64,000 nucleotides of DNA from Paraspadella gotoi (taxonomy: Eukaryota; Animalia; Chaetognatha). Shown one piece after another: positions 1 to 11,474 of this stretch. Positions within the stretch are counted from its first letter, which is position 1. Every line of letters starts with the position of its first letter. The stretch spans positions 11,841,100 to 11,905,099 of the forward strand of contig CM119264.1 of NCBI GenBank assembly GCA_051294375.1, in the 5' to 3' direction. The notes below the pieces were generated by a model. That model did no database searches. It was not told where the DNA came from and worked only from the letters and a program-made list of their open reading frames with translations. The position numbers and the translations under genes were made by a program.

Positions 1-597
1 GTGCGAAAGGAATTGAGAATCGAGTTCGAGCGGCTTTGCCCGTTGGATAGTCGCCATCGGCATACTAACGCCGAGTCGCTGGAACGCCTTTTTGGAAAGT
101 ATTTACGTTACGTCTGCTACAACAGAAATTTATTTCCGTTCTTTCTCATTTCTTTTCTCTTATTTTTCGCGGTTTCTTCAACCGTGAAGCTTTCCTCCGC
201 CAAAGCTATTAGGTTTTTTTACAAGATGGTGCTTTTCTTCGGAGGCGTTGCTGTTTGTTTTGTGACGTCCCAACTTTTAAAAAAATACGGCGACTCGGTG
301 AGAAGTGGGGATCACGTGAGGGCGTTAGACCAATCGAAAATGAGATTAGATTTGGACTTTGGCGGGTTGTCGACGCACGTGGTTCCGACTCTGTGGACGA
401 TTCGCAAATCCCTGGTCAACTGCTGCGGAAAAGATAATACGAGCAATTTGTACATTCAACACAGATGCCGACTGATCGAAAATCCTCAACGCGACTTTGC
501 GAAAAACGTCGATAAAACCGACACTGATTTTTACAATCCGTCTTTTTTGATGTATTTGATAGTTCCCTCGCTGATTGTAGTTATCTTCGTCGAGTAG
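1..597 (+). CDS. 5'-truncated, intronless ORF for a divergent tetraspanin-like multi-pass membrane protein
   Basis: 198-codon non-repetitive ORF. Hydrophobic segments LFPFFLISFLLFFAV, FFYKMVLFFGGVAVCFV and C-terminal FLMYLIVPSLIVVIFV flank a loop containing LWTIRKSLVNCCG (cf. tetraspanin EC2 W-x-IQ-xx-L-x-CCG). AATAAA at 740-745. Only 3 Cys are visible in the loop, so the family call is tentative. Confidence 0.5.
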   Translation: MRKELRIEFERLCPLDSRHRHTNAESLERLFGKYLRYVCYNRNLFPFFLISFLLFFAVSSTVKLSSAKAIRFFYKMVLFFGGVAVCFVTSQLLKKYGDSVRSGDHVRALDQSKMRLDLDFGGLSTHVVPTLWTIRKSLVNCCGKDNTSNLYIQHRCRLIENPQRDFAKNVDKTDTDFYNPSFLMYLIVPSLIVVIFVE

Positions 598-918
598 TTT
601 TGAGCTTAAATTTTCCAGATATTTTAGAACGTCGTAATTCGTCGTATTACGTAGTACGTAGTATTTCGTAGTATTTCAATTTAATACTTCTTTTATATTT
701 TTTGTACGTGTACTAGTTGTTTTAACATCATGGTAAAGCAATAAAACATATTTGTTCTCCATCTGTCTTTAAATTCTTAATTCATGTTTTTATGCTTAAA
801 AGCCTTCTGTATTAGTCTCATATAATATATATTCTCATATATTCTCATATTATTCTAATTGTGGTCAATCTTTTTCGCGAAAAAACTCAAAAGGAAAAGG
901 GACAGAAAAGACTCTCAC

Positions 919-1058
919 GTCCGACCTTCCGGTTTAACTTGCACGCACTTTATTGGCAACACATCTTCGTCACGCGTGCGAACCTTAAAATGCACGTGAG
1001 AAAGTGCGCGCGAGGCGTCTCTGGGCGACGATGAAACCACGAAAAAGTCAAAACGAGA
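919..1058 (-). CDS. Candidate internal exon of an unidentified minus-strand gene
   Basis: Acceptor gtcag|, donor |GTGAGA, open frame SRFDFFVVSSSPRDASRALSHVHFKVRTRDEDVLPIKCVQVKPEGR; GC-richer than its flanks. Confidence 0.35.
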
Positions 1059-1472
1059 CTGACTTTTGAGAGAGAGGGATGGATAGAAGTGAGAAGAATA
1101 GGCAAGATAAAAGAAGGAAGAAAAAAAAAGAGAAAAAATGGAAGGCAAAAAAATAGAGAGAGGATGCCAAACGTCGGGGAAAAAAAAGAAGGGATGAAAC
1201 AAACAAAATAATTTGTAAAAAAATATGAAGAAAGAAAAACGGAAATGAATGCGATTTAAAATAAGAAAATAAAATGAAAGAAAATAAAATAAAGAGACTG
1301 AATGTGAAGGATTCATGATTAAAGGCGAGTTGAGGAAAGTGTAAAGATAAAAATTCATGGTGTGAAAGAATGATTTTTAGAAAGAAAAAAAAATAAATCG
1401 GGAGACGAAGCATTTAAAACTTTTAAATTAGTTATAATACGTCACTAACGTCACGCGAATTAAAATAACAAA

Positions 1473-1980
<508 letters not shown>

Positions 1981-2222
1981 GCTATTTTTTTTTCTCTCTC
2001 TCTCCCCACATCTCCCTGCCTCATATCTTTGCCTCCCTATCTCTTCTTCTTCAAAATTTTTTTTTTCATATCTACAAATTATCTTTTTTTCCTCCCTATC
2101 TCCATCAGCTCCCTTCCTCCCTAATTATTTTCTGTCTCCTTTCGAGGGTGATAGAGATAGAGACTCTCTCAGCGCCGTAATGCCGATGCCTCGCAAGAGA
2201 GAAAGGGAGACAGCAAGAGAGA

Positions 2223-2255
<33 letters not shown>

Positions 2256-3467
2256 CAGAGACAGACAGAGTCATCAATGACGTCATCAATGGGAGCGCGG
2301 GGTTCATCGTCGAATCGTCAAAGGGAAGTCTTGCCTCTTTCTATTTCGCGCCAACGCGGTCGACGAACCTCGTTAAAAACTCTGCCTCAAAATTTAGAGA
2401 AAAGAGAAAGAACATTGAAATGACCTCAGAGCGACCTTAGTTTTGTCTCAATGGTAAATTAGAGAATTTTAATTTATTTTATCTTCGATAGAGAAATACT
2501 ACAACCAAATTTATGTATATATAACTCTTTTCTGGTGATAATATTTTTTAGGCTATCTTTCTCAAAAAACAACAACTGAAATTAAACAGTTTGATTGAGT
2601 GCAAAGAGGGCCTAGGCTTTACATTGGGATACAAATAGAGGAGCAAAAACGTGCGAAAAGAGAAGATTAGGCAAAATGTAAGTAAAATAAAAAAATCGGA
2701 AGAAATTGTTCAAAATTTGGTTGTCATTCTCGTCGATATTCTTTAGACTTAACTCGGATGATAGAGGATAGACCAGAACGAAATCACAAAAAAAAATAAA
2801 CAAACCCAAGGAAAAAAAACATGTTTGTTTACACGCGCCATCGATGGCAATTTTATCGCGAAACGAGAAGCGCCATTTATTATTCTTTCTCTTCGCGGGT
2901 GATTACCGGGTGATCGATATAAAACGCGACGTCATTGCGACTTTCAAATCGCGCGAAAAAGACGTGGCCGACGCTTGGGGAAACGCGGGAAAGGTGGGGA
3001 CCGGCCTCGGTGAAGCGAAAGAAGGGAGCGAGCGAGGGTAAGGCGCGGAAATTGAATTCAGCGAGGCGAGGGATTTGAGCGGCGAGGAAAAACGAAAAAT
3101 ATATATATTTTTTTAAAGTTAAAATCGGTTTAGATTCGAGTTCGTTTTTTAAAAAAAAATCCAATCGATTACCTCCTTTCAGGGGGGAAGTGAAAATAGT
3201 TAATAAGGCGGATAGGTAGGTAAGGCTCGAGGAGGGTTTGGCGCAGGTTGGCTCTCGGCGTTTTGACTCAACGGCTTAAATTTGACAATAACAGAGGGAA
3301 AACCTGCGTCTCACAGATACGTCGAGGGTTTGTTTGAATTTCATCAATTTTCCGGATTTCAATGACTGAGTGCATCAGCCACAGCATTCCGCTAGGGACT
3401 GAGCATTGAGGAGAAAAGAGCCAAGGTAATTGAAAAAAAGTAGCACGTCGTCCCCACAAAAAAAATG

Positions 3468-3505
3468 TAGCCAATGGCGTGGGTTAGACAGAAAAATTAG
3501 CCAAT
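3468..3505. promoter_or_regulatory. Pair of TAGCCAAT (CCAAT/NF-Y-type) boxes 30 bp apart; possible promoter
   Basis: CCAAT at 3471-3475 and 3501-3505, lying between the end of the receptor gene and candidate exons to the left. Confidence 0.3.
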
Positions 3506-3834
3506 CTGGTGCGCCTCTTATCAAGGTAAGCGTTTGGTTTGTTGATGCGCTCAGAAAGGTTTTTTTTTTTTTTTTTGTAAATTTCGACAAGATTGACAAC
3601 CATATTTACGATGTACCCTAAAGTACCGGTTGTCAGGGAGATTTCGTCGACATTTTGGCTAAAAATAAAATGGATATTTTTAATCTTAAATTCGGATCTT
3701 CGTTCTTCTGATTAACTTTTAGCGAAACAAAAGGATCGGAAGAATAGATCTCAGTTGAAATTTGATTCTTCTTTTCTTGATTTAAGCCAAATTATCCTGT
3801 AGTCTTTGTCTTTGTTCTTGTAAATTTGTATAAC

Positions 3835-3853
3835 TTTATTATATTACTTTATT
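3835..3853 (-). terminator. Polyadenylation signals (AATAAA x2) of the minus-strand receptor gene
   Basis: TTTATT on the + strand at 3835-3840 and 3848-3853, 40-60 nt past the stop at 3893. Confidence 0.55.
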
Positions 3854-3892
3854 TTAAAAACATAATTTTTTTAATGTTTTAATCGTAAAGTC

Positions 3893-4044
3893 TTATTGCT
3901 TTAGTTTTCTCACACAAATCCTCGAGCCCCACACACACAACTTGCACCCCAACGGACAATCCTGCAGACGAAGCCAACTGACAACCGACGTCAAGACGTA
4001 TTGAGTCTCATGACAGAGAATATTCTGGAAAACCTGGTTTTCAC
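3893..4044 (-). CDS. Terminal coding exon of the receptor gene
   Basis: ctgcag| acceptor; phase-1 frame ENQVFQNILCHETQYVLTSVVSWLRLQDCPLGCKLCVWGSRICVRKLKQ*; AATAAA downstream. Confidence 0.6.
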
Positions 4045-4250
4045 CTGCAGCACAAATTCGATTGAACAAGTTGAGATGCTCTGATGTCATTTAGATTTTT
4101 TTATCTTGATATTAAAGGGTAAAAGTTAATTATCAGATAATAATGATTAATTGTTATTATTTATTATGTAATTTTAATTTATTTTAACTTATTTTTCTAC
4201 ACTAATCCGAAAAGTTGGGCTAGCCCTAAACTGTGAGAACATTGACTTAC

Positions 4251-4332
4251 GTCGATTGACATTTTTTTCGAACGTCACCCACGGTCTCAAGAGAACAAAG
4301 TTCTTCGATTTTGTTCTGTTTTGCTTCACCGA
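4251..4332 (-). CDS. Cytoplasmic-tail exon
   Basis: tttccag| acceptor and |GTAAGT donor; phase 0 to 1, SVKQNRTKSKNFVLLRPWVTFEKNVNR, matching the neighbouring phases. A second frame is also open. Confidence 0.65.
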
Positions 4333-4635
4333 CTGGAAACGAAAAAAAACTTTATAAAGTATGTATATTGTATAAGTCTCAATCTTTATGTTATTCGGGG
4401 AGTCGATCGCGCTCTCTCTCTTTCTCTCTCTCTTGCTCTCTCTCTTGCTCTCTATCTTGCTCTCTCTCTCTCTTGCTCTCCCTTTGCTTTATCTTTCACC
4501 TTTTCCATCTCACTCTTTTTTTTCTTTCCCCTAGAAATTGAATGCATCTCAAAGGCGCTGGAATATCTTTTTTATCTTTCAGGTTTTGTATTTTATATTA
4601 TAAAGATTAAATATTATAAAGAATTTATATCGGTT

Positions 4636-4696
<61 letters not shown>

Positions 4697-4860
4697 AGAG
4701 AAAAAGAGAGAGAGAGAGACAGAGAGAGATAGCTTTTTTTTCGGGATTAAAAAAATCATTAGTGGCTAACGATCGAATGTGGGTAAAACGTAGGCGTGAT
4801 ACTGAAGTCACGTGTTTTTCGAGGGGCGAAACCGGAAGACAAACGGGGACGATAATTTAC

Positions 4861-4950
4861 CATCGCCGACGCCGCTGCCGCCACCGCCGCCAACGCCGCC
4901 GCCGCCGCCGACTCCGCCAGTGCCCCAGCGGCCCCCGCCAACGGTAGTAC
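4861..4950 (-). CDS. Low-complexity tail exon (poly-Ala frame; a poly-Gly frame is also open)
   Basis: tattag| ... |GTAAAT, 90 nt, GC-rich; VLPLAGAAGALAESAAAAALAAVAAAASAM. Confidence 0.65.
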
Positions 4951-5104
4951 CTAATAGACGGCAGTCGGAAACCAAACTCCGAAGTAAAGCGAAGGGAGAG
5001 ATGGAGAAATTAAGGAAGGGAGGACGGATTGAAATAGATTCGGGGTTCGAGAGTTTAAAGGTAAACGACTAAGGAGGAAAAAGTCAAAAGGATTCGTCAA
5101 TGAC

Positions 5105-5193
5105 ATTTATAAATGCTTTCGGAGGTGCATAATCGAACGCTGCCTTGATCGCCCTTACAAGTTCGCCACGCTCGGCCCACTCCTCTCTCAACT
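5105..5193 (-). CDS. Exon: end of kinase helix alpha-I plus tail
   Basis: Joins the previous exon to give QFMDVVS-E-LREEWAERGELVRAIKAAFDYAPPKAFIN (cf. RPxFxEIVxEL). Confidence 0.55.
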
Positions 5194-5218
5194 CTCGATT
5201 CTCCAAAGATTACGGACT

Positions 5219-5274
<56 letters not shown>

Positions 5275-5341
5275 GTTTTTAGTTTTTAATCCCAGTCCGA
5301 CATTCAAAGATTTTTCCGGAGAAGAGATTCGCCCCATAAAC

Positions 5342-5503
5342 CGGAAACGACGTCCATAAACTGCAATCGCTTCGTTTGGGGATCAACGGCGCGAGAATCG
5401 TAAACAATCTCCGAAAACCGGAAACTTTGAACAAAAGAGCAACTCGGGGGGAGACGAGATTGCGCGCGGTGAGTTAAACAAAATCGGAGACGGAAGTTGT
5501 GAC
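5342..5503 (-). CDS. Exon resembling tyrosine-kinase subdomains X-XI
   Basis: 162 nt, phase 1-1; HNFRLRFCLTHRAQSRLPPSCSFVQSFRFSEIVYDSRAVDPQTKRLQFMDVVS resembles RLxxPxxC...YxxMxxCWxxDPxxRPxFxEIV. Confidence 0.6.
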
Positions 5504-5704
5504 CTTAGTCCGGATGTGAAAGGTAAACAATAGGTACAAATAAAATGTTACTGGAATTAAATAGTGTACTGTGGAGGAATATGTAGGAATTTTAAATCTA
5601 CGAAGCTTGTGTTTAAAAAAGAAAAATTGAACGTGTACTATGAGAGAGGTAACTTAAGGGATTTGTAATCCTTCTCCCCAAATCGTGATTGGTCGAAAAC
5701 CGAC

Positions 5705-5866
5705 GAATCCGGAGGGGTTTATGGAGGGTGAAAACGCGCAACCTTAAACGAAAAACTGGAAAGACGTTGTGACACAAAGCGTTGAAACGACGAGCGTTGA
5801 CGACGAATATAAAATTTTCCTTTGAAACTTTAAAAGCGTTAACAGTCGAATCCATGAAAAGTCTGG
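5705..5866 (-). CDS. Exon resembling kinase subdomain IX
   Basis: 162 nt, phase 1-1; RLFMDSTVNAFKVSKENF...RVFTLHKPL loosely matches FTxxSDVWAFGV...EIFTLGxxP. Confidence 0.4.
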
Positions 5867-6078
5867 CTTTAAACTAAGAAAAAAATCTCGGCGACAAATA
5901 TGTAGGCAAGGTTACTATGTAAAAATGAATCACTTTAAATGACATTGATTGTTATTAAAACTTTTTATGTTACGTATTTAGGAGTGTTGTTTAAATGTTT
6001 CTATATTCTCTGAAAGAGAACAAGTTGATCCAAAACTGAATATTTTTTTCAGAAATATGGCGAAAAAAAAAGCGGAAC

Positions 6079-6138
6079 CAAAAGTATTCTTCTCGATCAT
6101 ATTTAGTTTATCAATAGGCATTAGGCGTCCTTCGCTGT
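6079..6138 (-). CDS. Exon resembling kinase subdomain VIII (P+1 loop)
   Basis: 60 nt, phase 1-1; SEGRLMPIDKLNMIEKNTF cf. GRLPxKWMAxE...F. Confidence 0.45.
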
Positions 6139-6640
6139 CTCCATTATGGTTTACATTATTGAAAGACCAAAGATAACCAAAGAGTGTTTTTCGCCTTAAA
6201 TCAAACTAATGGTCAGACGAAATAAAGAAAGAGCTCGAGACAGATAAAATATGCAAATCCAGAAACTCCACCTCCGACTCCACCTCCTCCTCCTAAACGT
6301 TTTCTTGATTGTTTCCCAAATGGAAACAGGAAGGTCAAAGGATCTTGGGAATAAAGCTTGTGTTTCTTTTACACGAGCATCAACCCCAGTTGATCTTGTT
6401 GTTCTGAACTAGAATTTTCTATTTTATGAGGCACACATTCACTTCTAAAAAAGGTAAATTGATATTCATGTCTTAGTACATAAAACGAAGATGGAAAAAG
6501 TCATCGTTTTATAGTGACGTGCTCAGAGTATTGCACATTGCACTATCATGCACATTGCACAATCATGCAGAACTAATGGCGGCGAGATTTAAATTAAAAA
6601 AAAAACAACCTGTGTAAATATTCGTAAATTCTTGACTTAC

Positions 6641-6796
6641 CATGGCGTAGATGCCGTCCATGGAAATGGGCGATTTGACGTAAGAGAAGTGCCAGAGTTG
6701 AGAGGCATCCGGTTGTAAAGGCTCCGTTGGGGAGAGACCCGCGCTGCTGCTCCCGAGGCTCAGCAGCCCCGGCGGCATGGAGACGGAGTCCAACCC
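6641..6796 (-). CDS. Internal exon (kinase insert or activation-loop region)
   Basis: Strong cttccag| and |GTAAGT sites; 156 nt; GLDSVSMPPGLLSLGSSSAGLSPTEPLQPDASQLWHFSYVKSPISMDGIYAM. Confidence 0.75.
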
Positions 6797-7342
6797 CTGG
6801 AAGAGGGAGAGAGAGAGAGAAGGGAATCGTTAAGTATTAAATTCGTTTGAAAAAAATCTCTCTAAGTCTAATGTTTTGAAATTATAGAGAATCTGAGGAA
6901 GAGGTCTTCAGTCATATTGGGATGGAAGACCCTCCAACTAATAATGATTTTGACTCTTGATGGCTCTCCATTGGTGAACGAAATTCAAAATACATTTAGA
7001 GAAAACAAAAATTCGGGATATATATGAAATAAGTTGTTTGTTGGTAGAGAGATGATTTGACAATTTGAAACTTGCTATTTTAGACATCAATGTTCATTGA
7101 AATTGTTAATTAATTGTGTTGATGTTAGTCACTGTATCAAATTCTTGATATGAAATAAACTACTATTTATTGTTAACTTGTCACAAGAAACTCTTTTACT
7201 TCCGGTCACAGAAAATATCAAATTCAGCGAAAAAAAACTAAACAAATTTTACGGCCTCCAATTCCAATGGCAATGCATTCTTTGTAGTCTAGATTCATAC
7301 AAACAACCAAAAAAAAAGCGTTTTTTATTTGGCCCCCAAACC

Positions 7343-7499
7343 TCGACCCTAAAAAACAAGGCGCCTCCGCTCGCCTTTCGGCGTCATTATTCCGAGAGCG
7401 TGACAAATGATAAACAGGATGCCTTTTCGCGCCTCTCCACGAAGCGACAATCTCGTGGGATAAAAACAAAGGATCGTCGGAGTCAACCATTATCGACGC
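7343..7499 (-). CDS. Exon after the catalytic loop (beta-7 plus insert); 3' boundary approximate
   Basis: ccttag| acceptor; ASIMVDSDDPLFLSHEIVASWRGAKRHPVYHLSRSR... Confidence 0.45.
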
Positions 7500-7678
7500 C
7501 TAAGGTAACTATGTAATCCCCTACCCCACTATATGAGCTTAGTAGGGTGGATGACGGAAAATNNNNNNNNNNNNNNNNNNNNNNNNNATCACAGGGCCTC
7601 GCTACGAGCCAGAACGACTATACCCCGACCAAGAGAGAGAGCGCAGAGAGAGAGAGAGAGAGAGAGAGAAGGAGAGAG

Positions 7679-7733
<55 letters not shown>

Positions 7734-7859
7734 AGATAAAGAACTGTTTTTGCCGTCTGGAGATGCTATCGCGTGAATATGGAGAAAAAAGTAATCAATG
7801 TTTTCGACGCCACTGTTGCAATCTCTCTTTTGAGAGAGAGAGAGAGAGAGATAAAGAAC

Positions 7860-7950
7860 TGTTTTTGCCGTCTGGAGATGCTATCGCGTGAAATATGGAG
7901 AAAAAAAGTAATCAATGGTTTTCGACGCCAACTGTTGCAAAATGTATTAA
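7860..7950 (-). CDS. Exon resembling kinase helix alpha-E and catalytic loop (noisy sequence)
   Basis: ttttcag| acceptor; LIHFA, then with a frameshift correction QLASKTIDYFFLHISRD, cf. LIxFAxQIAxGMxYL...HRD. Confidence 0.45.
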
Positions 7951-8185
7951 CTGAAAAAAAAAGAACGAAAAAGCGAAATGATTGACCGAATGAAGGAATT
8001 AGGAAAACAAAAACAATAAAAAAAACGAAAAGATAAATAAAATTGTAATTTTTTACAAGATTTCCCTATCAAACGGTTTTTAAACTATTTGACTGCTGTA
8101 ATTGTACTCTCAACGTGTCTTATTTGTAATTTGAAAGTTTATAATACTTCAGTCTAAAGTACTTCAGACTTCGTTTTTTTTTTAC

Positions 8186-8276
8186 GATCGTCCGACGAGG
8201 CAAACGAGCGCGCGTCTCTTTTCCGGCTCGAAGATTATTCCTCTAAACGCGTCGCTTTGACGCGAGCGATGATCAA
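8186..8276 (-). CDS. Exon resembling kinase hinge and alpha-D
   Basis: attaag| ... |GTAAAA; 91 nt, one extra base, and the mirror copy differs at that position. Corrected frame LIIARVKATRLE(E/D)(Y/N)LRAGKETRARLPRRTI cf. LxIIxEYxxxGxLxEYLR. Confidence 0.5.
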
Positions 8277-8439
8277 CTTAATAAATCCCACGGAAGCAGA
8301 AAATTAGAAACTGGGGCGCTCGGGGGGCGGAGAGGGGGCGGAGGGGGGTGGGAGGAAGGAGAGACGAAGTCTATATTCGCGGGCATAAAAAACTAATTTC
8401 GCGCGGCTTTGAGAGAGACGCGGTGCATCTCCCGAGGAG

Positions 8440-8515
<76 letters not shown>

Positions 8516-8951
8516 AAGAGAAGAGAGAGAGAGAGAAGAGAGAGAATGCTCTCTAGTTCGCGTTGAAAGAAAGAAGAGGATTTTTTCCCCGCTAATAGCT
8601 AATAACGTTGAGTGAGCGCTAAACTTGTCAACTCGGACATTTTGACAAAAGGTTGTTATTCGTGTTATCTTTTCTCTGCGACGAACGACTTTCACGGGGG
8701 AATTTTTGATTTCTTTTCGAAAAAGTAGTCAAGATAACAATAACGACTAAACAGAACCGTTAACTAGTTGTAAAATCTGATGAAAAATTGAAAACCTCAT
8801 TATTGCCTGATTTTGCAATTCAATTTAACAATTACTTTATCGTCAATTTATTAACTTACGCGACGTCTCGTTTTTGTCAAAGTGCCATTAAATGAAGTAA
8901 GCAAGTTTTATACGCTTCGTGCTTTATCCCACGAGAAACCGTCAAGCTTAC

Positions 8952-9054
8952 ATATATATCCACTTTCGCTTAATCAGTCTTCCCATGAAACTAGCAAGCC
9001 GTTCCACTCGTCCGAGCTTGGTTTCGCTGGACATCACCATCTTAATCGCGAGAA
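8952..9054 (-). CDS. Exon with kinase beta-3 VAIK-like motif
   Basis: ctcccag| acceptor; VLAIKMVMSSETKLGRVERLA...; donors at 8992 (GTTTCA) or 8952 (GTAAGC). Upstream SDIHRTRLVF (~9175-9205) resembles the juxtamembrane EIxRxRLxF motif. Confidence 0.45.
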
Positions 9055-10717
9055 CTGGGAGCGATTAAAATCACTCGTAAAACGTGGAATGGATCGGACG
9101 TCGGATGATGAGAGGGAATTTTATCGAAGCTTCATGAAGGCGCATTTTCCAGAGGATAAACTCGGAATGCGAAGACTAATCGCGTCCGATGAATGTCAGA
9201 AAAAAACCTCTGCGCCGCTCGGTCTCCTTTAAAGGATTCCCGCCCCTTTTTTTACAATAAAAAAAAAATATATCGAAAGTCTATTCTGGCTTATTTTTTC
9301 CCATATCTTCGCCAATCGAGATGCTTCTTTTCTTTCGTCTTGATTATATCTTTCCTTTCCTTACAGTTTCCTTTCCTTTTTCTCCGTCTCTCGATTCGTC
9401 CTCAGCTTTGAATTTACACCAAAAAAAGGGTAATGTTTACATTTTCTAACTCCCCGCCGCCGCCCCCATACCCAACCCATTCCTTTCCATGGCGTGGGAG
9501 AGGCGAAGGAGGATCGAAGGGGTTTCACCGAGAAGAGATAGACGAGAAGAATGGTTGGGACCAGGTGGGCGGGTGGAGCAAGAAAAAAAAAAGTTGGATT
9601 CAGGTGTTGGCTTGGGTGATTCTTGGAATCTTCGTTCGGCCTGGTGTGAAATTGTGTAATGCCGTCGACGCGCGGAAAATTCCATTAGATTTTTTCCCTT
9701 TTTTTTTTGGACTGGGAAGGAATGGTTGGGTTATGGGGGCGGCGGTCTGGCGGGAGTTAGAATAAATTAAACTACTTACTTTTTATTGGTGTAAATCTAA
9801 AGCTGAGACGATTCGAGAGACGGAGAGAATAGGATGGATACTGTTAAGGAAGGGAAACGATATATCAATGGACGAAAGTAGAAAAAGCATTCTCGATATG
9901 GGCGAAGATATGGGAAAAATATAAGCTCAGATATAGGACTTTCGATAATTTTTTTTTTATTGTAAAAAAGGGGCAGGGAATCCTTTAAGCCAAGGAGACC
10001 GAGGCGGCCGCCAGAGTTTTTTCTGAATTCATCGGACGCCGATTAGTCTTCGCATTCCGAGTTTTCCTCTGCGAAAGAATGCGCCTTCAATGAAGCTTTC
10101 GATAAAATTCCCTCTCATATCCGACGTCGATCCATTCCAGCGTTTTACGAGTGATTTTAATCGCTCCCAGTCTCGCCGGATAAGGATGGTGAATGCCAGC
10201 GAAACCAAGCTCGGACGAGTGGGAACGGCTTGCATAGTTTCATGGGAGACTGATTAAGCGAAAGTGGATATAAGTATAGCTTGACGTTTTCGTCGTGGTG
10301 ATAAAGCCACGAAGCGTATAAAACTTGCTTTACTTCATTTAATTGGCACTTGACAAAAACGAGGACGTTTCGCGTAATGTTAATTACAATTGACGATTAA
10401 AGTAATTGTTAAATTTGAGATTTGCAAAATCAGGCAATTTGAGCGTTTTCAATTTTTCATCAGATTTTTACAAACTATTTTAACGGTTCTGTTTATGTCG
10501 TTTATTGTTATCTTGAACTACTTTTTCGAAAAGAATCAAATTCCCCCGTGTAAAGTCGTTCGTCGCAGAGTAAAGCATAAACACGAAATAACAACCTTTT
10601 TGTTCAAAAATGTCGAGTTTGACATAGTTTATGCTGCTCACTTCAACGTTTATTAGCTATTAGCGCGGGAAAAAAAATCCTCATTCTTTCTTTCAACGCG
10701 AATAGAGAGCATTCTCT

Positions 10718-10774
<57 letters not shown>

Positions 10775-11420
10775 TTCTCTCTCTCTCTCTTCTCTCTCTC
10801 TCTCTTCTCTTTCCCGGGAGATGCCACCGCTCTCTCTCAAAGCACGCTGCGCGAAATAGTTTTTTATGCCGCGAATATAGACTTCGTCTGCTCCTTCCTC
10901 CCCACCCCCCTCCGCCCCTCCGCCCCCCGAGCGCCCCAGTTTCTAATTTTCTGCTTCGGTGCGAATTTATTAAGTTGATCATCGCCTCGCGTCAAAAGCG
11001 ACGCGTTTAGAGGATAATCTTTCGAGCCGGAAAAGAGACGCGCTCGTTGCCTCGTCGGACGAGATCGTAAAAAAAAAACGTAAGTCTGAAGTACTTTAGA
11101 CTGAAGTATTTATAAACTTTCAAATTACAAATTAAGACACGTTGAGAGTACAATTACAGCAGGTCAATACAGTTTTAAAAACCGGTTTGTATAGGAAAAT
11201 CTTGTAAAAAATTACAATTTTATTAATCTTTCGTTTTTTTTTATTGGTTTTTGTTTTCCTTTATTCTTCATTCGCGTTCATCATTTCGCTTTTTTTCGTT
11301 CTTTTTTTTTCAGTTAATACATTATTGCAACATGGTTGCGTCGAAAAACCATTTGCATTACTTTTTTTCTCCATATTTCACGCTGATAGCATCTCAGACG
11401 GCAAAAACAGTTCTTTATCT

Positions 11421-11474
<54 letters not shown>

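Noticed and set aside
8882-9232. Protein-looking + strand ORF (116 aa)
   Set aside because: It overlaps minus-strand exons that have good splice sites and ordered kinase-like motifs; most likely an antisense shadow.
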